From positions 214,837 through 278,836 of the forward strand of contig CBIMES010000001.1 of assembly GCA_966243015.1 (NCBI GenBank): a stretch of 64,000 nucleotides of DNA, written 5' to 3'. Of this stretch, positions 36,370 to 45,001 are shown piece by piece; the stretch's first letter is position 1; each line of letters opens with the position of its first letter. The position numbers were made by a program, and so were the translations under genes. A model generated the notes under the pieces. It was not told where the DNA came from and did no database searches. It saw only the letters and a list, made by a program, of their open reading frames with translations. Source of the DNA: an uncultured bacterium (GTDB lineage: Bacteria > Patescibacteriota > Minisyncoccia > Phycocordibacterales > UBA6065).

Positions 36370-36801
36370 TTAGTAGACCCTCGGCGCGCCCGCTGCATCG
36401 GCTTTCTGGATGCACTGAGCGAGCTCCGTGGTCTGGGTCCAGCCGCACTGACCCGTGGACTGTCGCTCACACTTAGCTCCGGTCGACTTATAGCATCCGT
36501 AGGCTTCTCGGTACTCGCAGGTCGACACCATGTCAGGCTGATCGCTGCAGATTTGCCCGCTGCAACCTCCTACGTAGCACCTTGCCTGGGTCACCGGCTT
36601 GGTCGAGGTCGCTGGCGTGACTGGGCTCACGGTCGTGCCCGTGGTCGATGTCGCCGTAGGCACCGTGCTGGTCGCCACGATCACCGTCGACGTGGCGGTC
36701 TGGCTCTGCTCGACCTGACGATTCCTTTCCATGCCGGCGCTCACGGCCGCCACGAGGCCGGCTGCGATGACGACTATGTAGATGAGGTTCTTTCTGATCA
36801 T
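36370..36801 (-). CDS. secreted/membrane-anchored protein with a Thr-rich (mucin-like) linker and a C-terminal 8-Cys domain
   Basis: Internal Met MIRKNLIYIVVIAAGLVAAVSA (signal/anchor). Linker TATSTVIVATSTVPTATSTTGTTVSPVTPATSTKPVTQA. C-terminal CYVGGCSGQIC…CEYREAYGCYKSTGAKCERQSTGQCGW…C. A bidirectional terminator follows at ~36331-36360. Confidence 0.55.
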   Translation of the reverse strand: MIRKNLIYIVVIAAGLVAAVSAGMERNRQVEQSQTATSTVIVATSTVPTATSTTGTTVSPVTPATSTKPVTQARCYVGGCSGQICSDQPDMVSTCEYREAYGCYKSTGAKCERQSTGQCGWTQTTELAQCIQKADAAGAPRVY

Positions 36802-36915
36802 GGTTTTTGGATATGAGCTAAATGACAATAGTTTGCATGTAATCGGGGACTGACTGACGCTGGTTTCGGGCTATCTGGAAACATCAAACGGGCCCGATGG
36901 CCCGTTGACGCTTTT

Positions 36916-37233
36916 CTATTCGGCTATGGGCTGGTATGGCTGATCCCCTATGTTCCAGAGTCTCTGTGCCGCGGCCTCGAGCTCGGTCGGTGCCCCCGAG
37001 TTGATTTTACCAAGGTTGTGGATGAAGGAGTTCCAGAGGAGGCCGATGAAGATGTTGTTCCAGAAGTATTTCACGGGATGCTCGAGATACTTTTCCCAGA
37101 CGGTGGTGATGCCGTCGCCGACATAGTGGAGGTTTTTCTGGGTCGCAGGGGCCTCGACGATGGTCTGGAGGTCATACCCGAGGAAACTGACGACGAGTAT
37201 GGCGATCAGGCCTATGATGATGTATTTGATCAT
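36916..37233 (-). CDS. small hypothetical membrane protein (105 aa)
   Basis: ORF-track ORF with an N-terminal TM helix (IIIGLIAILVVSFLGY) and a second hydrophobic segment. Confidence 0.45.
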   Translation of the reverse strand: MIKYIIIGLIAILVVSFLGYDLQTIVEAPATQKNLHYVGDGITTVWEKYLEHPVKYFWNNIFIGLLWNSFIHNLGKINSGAPTELEAAAQRLWNIGDQPYQPIAE

Positions 37234-37267
37234 ATAAAACTGTAGGTATGCAGGAATTATAGCATGC

Positions 37268-38563
37268 CTAGAGGCCTGGCAGGTACGAGAGCGGGTTGAG
37301 ATAGGCCTTCACGTCGGCGATTGGTATGACGACGTCCTTGCATCCCCTGCTGCTGCCGTATTTCTCGACTTTAACTCCCTGGCTCGCCAGGACGGTAAGG
37401 TGAAGGTGCGGTCCGGTCGAGTAGCCTGTGTTGCCGCTGTAGCCGATGCGCTCCCCTGTCTCGACCGTGTCCCCCGCCGACACGCTGATGACGGAGAGGT
37501 GCCCGTAAAGGCTCGAGAGGCCGTTTGGGTGTTTGATGAGGACCCACTTGCCGTACGAGTAGCAGCTCTTGGACAGATCGGTGTTCCCCGTCGCCTGGAC
37601 GGTTCCCGAGAGCACGGACATGACCGGTGTTCCTACGGCAGCGCGGAAGTCGACGCCGTTGTGCGTGCCCGACACGTAGAGGCGCTTTGAGTCGACGGTG
37701 GCACCGAAGTTCTGGGTGATGTAGACGTTCGCGAGCGGCCAGTCGAAGACTCCTGCGCGGGCACTTGGCACCGATGATGGGTCGATGACCAGCTTGAGTT
37801 GGGACTCGTACTCGAAGAGCTCCTTCTCGAAGGCTTCCTTCTCCTTGAGCTTCTGGCTGAGCTGTGCCTGGTACGCGGCGGCGCTGTTCTGGGTCGAGGT
37901 GAGAAGCTTGCTCTGCTCGGTCTTGCTGTACTCGACGGCCTGCTTCTGGCCCGAGAGGTTCTTCTGGAGGGTCACGAGGTTCGCCCTCTCCTTCTCGGCG
38001 CTCGACTTTTGGATGGTGAGGCTCTGGCGCAGGTCGCGGAGGTCGGCGAGGCTTCGGGTGACGCGGGCGTGGACGGAGCGAATGCCGTTCACGTAGTCCC
38101 AGGCCTCGGAGAGGGTTCGCTGATTGAGGAGTTCCTGCACGGCGCTCTGGTCCTCGGCCATTTGCATGTTGCGGATTCCCTGGGCCACGGCCTTGGCCGA
38201 GTTCTCTATCCTGCCCTCGGTTTCATCAATGTCGCCGGCGAGCTCGGTCAAAGTGAGTGAGGTTTTGGTGATCTTCGCCGTGGTGAGGGAGAGGTCCTTT
38301 TCGAGCTTGCTGCGGGTCAGCTCGAGGGATGCCAGGGCGTTCTTGAGGGTCTGGGCCTGTTTCGAGGTCGCGTCGAGGTTGGTGCTGAGGGCCGCGATTT
38401 CCTTTTCGAGGGCCTCTATGCGAGAGTTCGTGTCGGAAATCTGGTCGCGGAGGCTGTCCGCCGACTGCGCGTGCGTGGCTCTGGGCGCAAGTACAAACAT
38501 GCCGACCAGGACGAGGCCGGAGACGAGGGCGGCCAGGCTTGTGGTCTTATGAGTTGAGGGCAT
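37268..38563 (-). CDS. M23 family metallopeptidase (LytM/EnvC-like murein endopeptidase) with an N-terminal coiled-coil region
   Basis: Signal peptide at the internal Met (MPSTHKTTSLAALVSGLVLVGMFVLA). Coiled-coil heptads follow. The C-terminal M23 signature is …HNGVDFRAAVGTPV…GHLS…GNTGYSTGPHLHL…. Overlaps gltX by 17 nt. Confidence 0.8.
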   Translation of the reverse strand: MPSTHKTTSLAALVSGLVLVGMFVLAPRATHAQSADSLRDQISDTNSRIEALEKEIAALSTNLDATSKQAQTLKNALASLELTRSKLEKDLSLTTAKITKTSLTLTELAGDIDETEGRIENSAKAVAQGIRNMQMAEDQSAVQELLNQRTLSEAWDYVNGIRSVHARVTRSLADLRDLRQSLTIQKSSAEKERANLVTLQKNLSGQKQAVEYSKTEQSKLLTSTQNSAAAYQAQLSQKLKEKEAFEKELFEYESQLKLVIDPSSVPSARAGVFDWPLANVYITQNFGATVDSKRLYVSGTHNGVDFRAAVGTPVMSVLSGTVQATGNTDLSKSCYSYGKWVLIKHPNGLSSLYGHLSVISVSAGDTVETGERIGYSGNTGYSTGPHLHLTVLASQGVKVEKYGSSRGCKDVVIPIADVKAYLNPLSYLPGL

Positions 38564-40130
38564 GATCAGCGCATTTCTTGAGCGCCGCGTCGATTCGCCT
38601 GAGTACGGTCTCTTTGCCCAGAATTGCGGAGAGGGTGAACGGATTCGGCGACTTGTCCTTGCCCGACAGTGAGTAGCGAAGGGGCCACAGGACTGCTCCC
38701 CTGCCGTTCGCGTCCGCATAGGGCCAGACGGCGGCCTTGATGCCCTCCTCGGTCCAGTCCCCTGCCCTGACGCCCTCGATGACGCCGCGGACGTGCGTGA
38801 GGTGCTTCACGGTGTTCGAGAGGTCCGGCTCGTCCTTCCATTTGAGCGACAGCGCGTCGTAGTTTGGCTCGCTGAAATAGTAGTCGAGGTCCCGCTCGAG
38901 AATCATCTCGTCGATGTCGGAATACACCTCGATGCGATCGAGGATGACGGGCGCGATTGCCTTTACGGCTTCGTCGGTCACCTTCCAGCCGAGGTCCTTT
39001 GCCCGCTCGTTTGATTCGATGCGGTCCTTGATGGTCGCCTCGAGCTCGGCTCGCGGCAGGAGCTTGATGTGCTCCTTGTTCATCCAGCGGAGCTTCTCCT
39101 CGTTGAAGACGCCTCCCGCCTTGTGGATCTTCGAGATCTCGAACTCCTTCACGAGGCCTTCCTTGGTGAAGACCTCCTGCTCGGTGCCGGGATTCCAGCC
39201 GATGAGGGCGAGGAAGTTAACCATCGCTGACGAGAGGTATCCCTCCTTGCGGTACTCGAGGATATCCTTTGCGCCGTCTCGCTTGCCAAGCTTCTTGGTC
39301 TTGTCGCTGCGGAGAATCGGCGGAAGGGTTACGAGAACAGGAGGCTTGATGCCGAGAGCCTCGTAGAGGGCGAGGAACTTCGGGGTCGACGAGATGAACT
39401 CGTCGGCGCGCATGATGTGCGTCACGCCCATGAGGAGGTCGTCGATGATGTGCGCGAAGTTGTAGGTTGGGTAGCCGTCCTTCTTGATGAGAATGAAGTC
39501 GTCGAGAGCCTCCTCGCCCGCCTCGAGTCGCCCGCGTACCTCGTCCTTCCAGACGGATCGTCGCGGCGTACCTGAGTTAAAGCGGAGCGCCTGCGTACCG
39601 TCCCACTTCCCAAAGGTCTTTGGGCGATGGCGTCGGAAGAGGAAGGGCTTCTTGGCCGCCTCTGCCTGCGCGCGGAAGGCCGCGATCTCTTCGGTGGTGT
39701 ATGGGTCAGGATATGCGAGACCCTTGTCGACGAGCTCCTGCGCGTACTTGCGATAGGTGTCGAGTCGCTCGGACTGAATGCACGAGCCGAAAGGATTCTG
39801 CCTGTCCGGGCCGTAGTCCCAATTAATATCGAGCCATTTGAGTGTCTCCTGAATGTGCTCGATCGAGCCCTCGACCTCTCGCTCGGTATCGGTGTCCTCG
39901 ATGCGGAGGATGAAGGTGCCGCCGTGCTTGCGGGCCCAGAGATGCGCGAAGAGCGCGGTGCGTGCGCTGCCGATATGCATAAAGCCCGTCGGCGACGGCG
40001 CGAAGCGGGTCACCACGCCTGCGCGGTCGGCAGGAATACCCGAAAGGCTTTCGCTCGATGGTACTGACGGTTTTTTGCCGGTTTTGGTCGAAGGTTTCCT
40101 TGAAAAGAAGGCCTTGATGCGGGAAATCAT
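38547..40130 (-). CDS. gltX: glutamate--tRNA ligase with an ~40-aa N-terminal extension
   Basis: …VVTRFAPSPTGFMHIGSARTALF… (HIGH region) and …KKLGKRDGA… (KMSKS-like) with the GluRS catalytic-domain pattern. Confidence 0.9.
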   Translation of the reverse strand: MISRIKAFFSRKPSTKTGKKPSVPSSESLSGIPADRAGVVTRFAPSPTGFMHIGSARTALFAHLWARKHGGTFILRIEDTDTEREVEGSIEHIQETLKWLDINWDYGPDRQNPFGSCIQSERLDTYRKYAQELVDKGLAYPDPYTTEEIAAFRAQAEAAKKPFLFRRHRPKTFGKWDGTQALRFNSGTPRRSVWKDEVRGRLEAGEEALDDFILIKKDGYPTYNFAHIIDDLLMGVTHIMRADEFISSTPKFLALYEALGIKPPVLVTLPPILRSDKTKKLGKRDGAKDILEYRKEGYLSSAMVNFLALIGWNPGTEQEVFTKEGLVKEFEISKIHKAGGVFNEEKLRWMNKEHIKLLPRAELEATIKDRIESNERAKDLGWKVTDEAVKAIAPVILDRIEVYSDIDEMILERDLDYYFSEPNYDALSLKWKDEPDLSNTVKHLTHVRGVIEGVRAGDWTEEGIKAAVWPYADANGRGAVLWPLRYSLSGKDKSPNPFTLSAILGKETVLRRIDAALKKCADHALNS

Positions 40131-40244
40131 GGGTTAAGTATACCCCGACCGCCAGGCCTCTTATTATTGTAATAAGACAATTTTTGTGTCGTAATATACA
40201 GGGATATGCCTCGTTATCCTTCGAGAGTGGGCCTTTGTCAGAAA

Positions 40245-41378
40245 TTAATTTTCAATGATATACGCTTTATCCCGATTCAGAATTTTTTGGCTAATATCTT
40301 TAATCTGGGCCACCGTAACCCCTGAGAGACCCATCATTTCGGCGTATAGGTTCCCAGCCGTTCCTGTTTCCATGTAACTCTCCACAACCCAGTCCTGACG
40401 TGACATCGCTCCCGCCCAGTCGCTTTTCATTTCCGACAGCTTCTCCTTTTTGTATTTTTTGAGTTTATTACCGAGGGCCCTGTCTTCAATCACGGTTCTA
40501 ATTGTTGAGAAAAAAGTCTCGGCGAGAGCCTTCGGAAGCGCTTTGTCGGAGTGAATGCCGAACCACATGAATCCGTATCTCCTTTCAAGGCGGAGTTCCT
40601 GATACGGGCCGTGCATACCCTTTTCGGCAAATGTACTCGACAGTCTTCTTGATATCTCGCCGTGGATAAAATTAAGCGAGAACGCCGCCTCCCAGCCTTT
40701 TTCTATTCCGGGCACAGGAAACGCGATGCAGAACACATTGCCTCCCTGAGTCTTGGGTATGCGAATGTTTTTCTTTGCCGAGAACCTAACTTTTTCAAAT
40801 TCTCGTGTCGGAATGTGTCTTGGCGTCGATGTTGACCGCGAATGTCTCTCGCCAACGAATATGAGGGGCTTGGACGACAGCATCCTCTCTATCGTTCTTA
40901 TTGTCGACGCGAGATCGATTGAGTTCATGCTGTCGAGTTGGCCGAGTCTCCTGCGGGCCAAGCGCTTCGGCTGCTTGATGAGCTTGTTCTTAATGTATTC
41001 AGAAAACAACCCCGAAGCAGAGCCGTACTGGTTTTCGAGCTCTGTCCTTATGAGACCCTTCTCTTTTTTGACGTCCGCCTTCCCCGTCTGAAGAGAAATG
41101 TCGCGCAGTGTGTTTATTACTCCTTTTTTGGCGAGCTTTTCGTATTCAGGACGACTGAGTTTCATGTGTATGACGGTGCTCGTATCATCTATGTATCCTA
41201 ATATCTCTTTGGTCTGGAGGTTCTTCTGGATTGCCGCGCAGATACAGTGTTCCGCGAGGTGTCCGATTCCAAACTCCTTATCGCCGTCGTCCACGGTTCC
41301 ATAGGAAAAGGCGACGCTGACAATCACCTCGTCTTTCTTTGTGGGGATTTGTATGTAAATGGTTTTGTCTTCTACCAT
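40245..41378 (-). CDS. M16 (insulinase/pitrilysin)-like zinc peptidase candidate (HxxEH) on an AT-richer islet
   Basis: …FGIGHLAEHCICAAI… contains the inverzincin HxxEH motif near the N-terminus, as in M16. 377 aa. Codon usage is visibly more AT-rich than the neighbours. Confidence 0.55.
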   Translation of the reverse strand: MVEDKTIYIQIPTKKDEVIVSVAFSYGTVDDGDKEFGIGHLAEHCICAAIQKNLQTKEILGYIDDTSTVIHMKLSRPEYEKLAKKGVINTLRDISLQTGKADVKKEKGLIRTELENQYGSASGLFSEYIKNKLIKQPKRLARRRLGQLDSMNSIDLASTIRTIERMLSSKPLIFVGERHSRSTSTPRHIPTREFEKVRFSAKKNIRIPKTQGGNVFCIAFPVPGIEKGWEAAFSLNFIHGEISRRLSSTFAEKGMHGPYQELRLERRYGFMWFGIHSDKALPKALAETFFSTIRTVIEDRALGNKLKKYKKEKLSEMKSDWAGAMSRQDWVVESYMETGTAGNLYAEMMGLSGVTVAQIKDISQKILNRDKAYIIEN

Positions 41379-41442
41379 GCGTGACCTTATGGTACTTCCG
41401 GGTAGTAAAAATGGCCAATGGTATTTTGGCCATAGTGTGCGC

Positions 41443-41628
41443 TTAGCCTCGTCTTCCGAATATTGATCGGAGGCCTTTGGTTACGCGCGAATGTTCTTCT
41501 GATTTAGAGTGACCAACGTTTCGTTGTCGGCCGCCTCCACTGTTTGAACTGGGCGACGAGGAATCCCTTCGGCCTTTTGACCGTTGGAAACTGGCACCCT
41601 TGTCGGCGTTAACGTGTTTTTTAGGCAA
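41443..41628 (-). CDS. small basic Ser/Gly-rich protein (61 aa) with TTG start and a perfect Shine-Dalgarno
   Basis: The minus strand reads AAAGGAGGTGAtaagactTTG… and a downstream hairpin plus T-run terminator lies at ~41401-41440. The composition is low-complexity and KGG/stress-protein-like. Tentative. Confidence 0.45.
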   Translation of the reverse strand: MPKKHVNADKGASFQRSKGRRDSSSPSSNSGGGRQRNVGHSKSEEHSRVTKGLRSIFGRRG

Positions 41629-41732
41629 GTCTTATCACCTCCTTTCTGGGTTTGAGGTTATCAAAGGCGAGCTAAAATTCTCATAAAGAATTATTCAAGA
41701 AAAGTAAAAGCCCCACTCACTGGGGCTTCTGC

Positions 41733-42860
41733 TTACTTTGTATGGCTGAGTGCAATCCTGATGATCTCCCTCGCGATAGTGTCCGCCGCGTCCGTTCGGG
41801 CGAACGAGTTCGCACCCTTCTTCATGGCCTCGGCGATGCCCGGTTTCTCGATGATGCGGTCGATATCCGCCGCGAGCACGTGCGGGGTAAGGTTGAACTC
41901 CTCGATGACCGAGCAGGCGCCCGACGACGCGTAGGCGAAGGCGTTCGACTTCTGGTCGTGGCTGATGGCCTCGGGAATCGGGATGATGATGGACGGGACC
42001 TGCCAGAGGGCGATCTCGAAGATCGTCGAGCCGGCGCGGGAGATGATGACGCTCGCCTGCCCTGCCGCCATGCGGAGGGCGAGGTTGTTGAGGTACGCGA
42101 ACGGCCTGTAGCGGTTGGCGAACATGCTGTCGCCCAGGATGACCTTCGAGGTGTTGGTCATCTCCTCAATATTGTCCTTGCCCGTCTGGTGAATGACGTA
42201 GTACTTCTTCACGAGCTCGGGCAGAATGTCGATGATGGCGTCGTTTACCTTCCTTGACCCCTGCGATCCGCCGAGAATAAGAATCACCGGCACGGAGTCC
42301 TCGAGCCTGAGGAACTCGCGGGCGCCCTCTTTCAGGGTTTCGCGGATCTCCTTGCGAATCGGGTTGCCGGTGAAAGCCACCTTGTCTGCTGGGAAATACT
42401 TTGCGGCCTCGCGGTACGAGAGGGCGATCTTCTCGGCGAACTTCGCGGACCAGAGGCTCACGCGGCCCGGATGCGAGTCCGACTCGTGGATGATGACGGG
42501 GATGCGAAGGAGTCGCGCCGCCCAGAGAACCGGGAAGCTGACGTACCCGCCCTTGCTGAAGACCACGTCAGGGTAGATGCTCCAGACGTCCATAACGGCC
42601 GTGACGAGGCCAAGGGCCATCTTAAACATATCCACCACGTTCATGAGCGAGAAGTAGCGGCGAATCTTGCCTGCGTGGCTCTTCTGGTAGATGATGCCGT
42701 TCTCGAAGAGGGCTCGCTCGTCGTACTTTGACGGCGCCATGTAGTACATCGTTGCGTCGAGGAGCTTCTCCTCCTTGGCGATCCTGCGGATCGACTCGGC
42801 CACGGCGATGAGGGGATAGAAATGGCCGCCGGTTCCGCCTCCTGTGAGTAGTATCTTCAT
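41733..42860 (-). CDS. murG: UDP-N-acetylglucosamine--N-acetylmuramyl-(pentapeptide) pyrophosphoryl-undecaprenol N-acetylglucosamine transferase MurG
   Basis: MKILLTGGGTGGHFYPLIAVAESI… (the GT28 N-terminal G-loop) and C-terminal GT28 domain conservation. A terminator follows at ~41700-41732. Confidence 0.9.
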   Translation of the reverse strand: MKILLTGGGTGGHFYPLIAVAESIRRIAKEEKLLDATMYYMAPSKYDERALFENGIIYQKSHAGKIRRYFSLMNVVDMFKMALGLVTAVMDVWSIYPDVVFSKGGYVSFPVLWAARLLRIPVIIHESDSHPGRVSLWSAKFAEKIALSYREAAKYFPADKVAFTGNPIRKEIRETLKEGAREFLRLEDSVPVILILGGSQGSRKVNDAIIDILPELVKKYYVIHQTGKDNIEEMTNTSKVILGDSMFANRYRPFAYLNNLALRMAAGQASVIISRAGSTIFEIALWQVPSIIIPIPEAISHDQKSNAFAYASSGACSVIEEFNLTPHVLAADIDRIIEKPGIAEAMKKGANSFARTDAADTIAREIIRIALSHTK

Positions 42861-42881
42861 GCGTTCGGGTGTTTAGTCCCG

Positions 42882-43985
42882 TTATTTTAGCATATACCGG
42901 GATATGTTGAGCAGGATGCCCGCCTGGCCTAGGGCGAACAAGAGCGCCGTTCCTCCCTGGCTCACGAACGGCAGCGGGATGCCCGCGATCGGCAGGATGC
43001 CAATCATCGAGCCGATGTTGATGAATGCCTGGCAGATCATGAAGGTGGCGACGCCGACGATCACGTACGCGCCGAACGGGTGGCTCGACCTATTGGCGAC
43101 GACGAACGAGCGCAGGGTGAAGGAGACGAAGAGGGCGATGAGGGCGGTGCTGCCGATGAGGCCGAACTCTTCTGCTGCCACGGCGAATATCGAGTCGCCG
43201 ACAGGCTCGGGCAGATAGTTGAACTTCTGTATGCTCTGGCCGAATCCCCTGCCGTCGATGCCTCCCGACCCCACGGCGATGAGCGACTGCTGGATTTGGT
43301 ATCCCGAGCCAAGGCCGTTCTGGGCAGGATTAAGGAAGGTGTTCACGCGCGAGGCGATGTAGTCCGACGTCATGTACACCGCGCCAAGGCCAAGGGCGCC
43401 TGTGACGCCGAGGGCGATGACCCAGCGCCACTGCCCTCCCGCGGCAAGGTACATGGCCGTCAGGGCCACGATGATGACGGCAAGGGTGTCGTGGTCGGGC
43501 TGCGCCAGAAGGAGCATCGAGACGATGGCGATGATGATCAGAAGCGGCAGGAATCCCTCCTTGAATGTAGAGACCCTTTCCCGCACCGAGGAAAGCCATG
43601 CGGCAAAATAGAGGACCGCGCCGATTTTGAGCATCTCGGACACCTGGAACGTGAATCCGCCGAGGTCTATCCAGCGCGTCGCGCCTCCGTGCGAGAAGCC
43701 AATACCGAGCCACGGTATGAGGATGAGGATGTTGAGGATGATGGCGAGCAGGAATATCCAGAATGACATCTTTCGCCAGTAGAGGAAGTGAATCCTCGAC
43801 GTTGCGTAAAGGGCGACGAGGCCGGGCACGAGGCCGAAGAAGATCTGCCTGAAGGCGATCGAGCCAAACTGTACCGAGTCGCGCGACAGGAGGCCGAGCG
43901 ACGCCGAGAGAAAGATGAGGAAGCCCGCGCCCGCGAGGAGGAGGATCGATATAAGGAGCTGTCTGTCCATGCGGGCCTTTTTCAT
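42882..43985 (-). CDS. ftsW: SEDS-family peptidoglycan polymerase FtsW/RodA
   Basis: 10 TM helices with conserved SEDS segments (…GATRWIDLGGFTFQVSEMLKIGAVLYFAAWLS…, …PDHDTLAVII…). The internal Met start is supported by an extended -10 (TGaTATGAT) 7 nt upstream on the minus strand. Confidence 0.85.
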   Translation of the reverse strand: MKKARMDRQLLISILLLAGAGFLIFLSASLGLLSRDSVQFGSIAFRQIFFGLVPGLVALYATSRIHFLYWRKMSFWIFLLAIILNILILIPWLGIGFSHGGATRWIDLGGFTFQVSEMLKIGAVLYFAAWLSSVRERVSTFKEGFLPLLIIIAIVSMLLLAQPDHDTLAVIIVALTAMYLAAGGQWRWVIALGVTGALGLGAVYMTSDYIASRVNTFLNPAQNGLGSGYQIQQSLIAVGSGGIDGRGFGQSIQKFNYLPEPVGDSIFAVAAEEFGLIGSTALIALFVSFTLRSFVVANRSSHPFGAYVIVGVATFMICQAFINIGSMIGILPIAGIPLPFVSQGGTALLFALGQAGILLNISRYMLK

Positions 43986-44041
43986 GAGCATCATCATATC
44001 AGTGAGAGGCGAAATCAAAAAGTGTCTGCTAGAATATTTAC

Positions 44042-44440
44042 ATGAAAATCATCAATAACATTCTTCGAGTTTTGCTCGCTCTGCTTCTCGTAAGCCCTAT
44101 TCTCGGCACTCTCGGCGTCTTCCCCGCCCCGACCGCCGACATGTACAACACAGCGGCTGGCTGGAACTTTATCCAGGCGCTCTACGCGGTACCGTACATC
44201 ATGTACGTCATGGCCGCGGTCTTTGCCGTCGCCATCGGCCTTATCGTTACTAACCGTATGGCCCTCGCCGCGCTCCTCATTCTCCCTATTACGGTGAATA
44301 TCATTGGCTTCCACGCCTTCCTCGACGGCGGCCTTCTTACCGTGGGCGCCATCATGGCGAACGCCCTCGCCCTCATCAACATTTACTTCCTCTGGAGGAG
44401 CCGTGGCGTGTACCGCATTCTCCTCGCCAGGAACGGCTAA
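44042..44440 (+). CDS. hypothetical membrane protein (132 aa, 4 TM helices)
   Basis: ORF-track ORF. An extended -10 (TGcTAGAAT) sits 6 nt upstream of the ATG, and a terminator follows at ~44455-44490. Confidence 0.55.
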   Translation: MKIINNILRVLLALLLVSPILGTLGVFPAPTADMYNTAAGWNFIQALYAVPYIMYVMAAVFAVAIGLIVTNRMALAALLILPITVNIIGFHAFLDGGLLTVGAIMANALALINIYFLWRSRGVYRILLARNG

Positions 44441-44549
44441 GCATCATCTTGTCGTTAAAGGGCCCCGTCCGCATGCGGACGGGGCTTTTGTTGCTGCCTT
44501 TCGGTCATTATTTTCATAACCCCTCCCCTGTTTTCATAAAAAAGCCCGC

Positions 44550-44962
44550 GGATTATGTCCGGGGCTTTTCGAGGTTAGGATCGCTGTACAGGTGACAGGC
44601 GATCTGGTCTCATCGTCATTTTTCGCGGTGCGGAGCGTGGCATATGTCTATCCGCAGCGCGTACGATGGGTCTGGATTTTTAGTCCGGACACCTCCAGGA
44701 TGGGTCGCCGTTTGGCATACCTCGCCCTGCACAGAGTTGCTGCGTTTGCTTGCGTCGTGGTGTGACGCTGAGCAGCGCAAACTCAATGTGTACCAGTTTT
44801 TGTGTCTCGTTTTCCGTTGATGATGGCAATCTTAGGCCTCATTCTTTCATCGGTGCCGCGTCTTATCGCGGCCATCCATCATCATCCGTCCCTTTGGAGA
44901 GGCGCAAGTCATGAAAGATGACTCAGCGCGCTGCTTGCGGAAAACAATCTCAAAGAACCTAC
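44550..44962 (-). ncRNA. candidate ~400-nt non-coding RNA of unknown family, defined by a consensus promoter and an intrinsic terminator, immediately downstream of the dacA-like gene
   Basis: Minus-strand TTGACA-16-(TGc)TATAAT promoter at ~44970-44997. No ORF >35 codons on either strand between 44581 and 45001. Terminator hairpin (gccccggacataatccgcgggc + TTTTTTAT) at ~44547-44580. Confidence 0.35.
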
Positions 44963-44969
44963 AGTGAGT

Positions 44970-44997
44970 ATTATAGCATGACCATAAAAATTGTCAA
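44970..44997 (-). promoter_or_regulatory. full consensus promoter TTGACA-16 nt-TGcTATAAT on the minus strand
   Basis: Minus-strand reading gives ctgTTGACAatttttatggtcaTGcTATAATactcac, directly after the stop of the gene at 45002..45955. Coordinates approximate. Confidence 0.5.
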
Positions 44998-45001
44998 CAG
45001 T

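Noticed and set aside
44550-44962. Assignment of the promoted non-coding transcript to RNase P RNA
   Set aside because: Fragments resembling P4/CR-II (GUCCGG, AGGGCGAGGUAUGC, GCACCGCG) occur, but in an order incompatible with bacterial RNase P (CR-I should be near the 5' end). It is left as an unknown-family ncRNA candidate pending covariance-model search.
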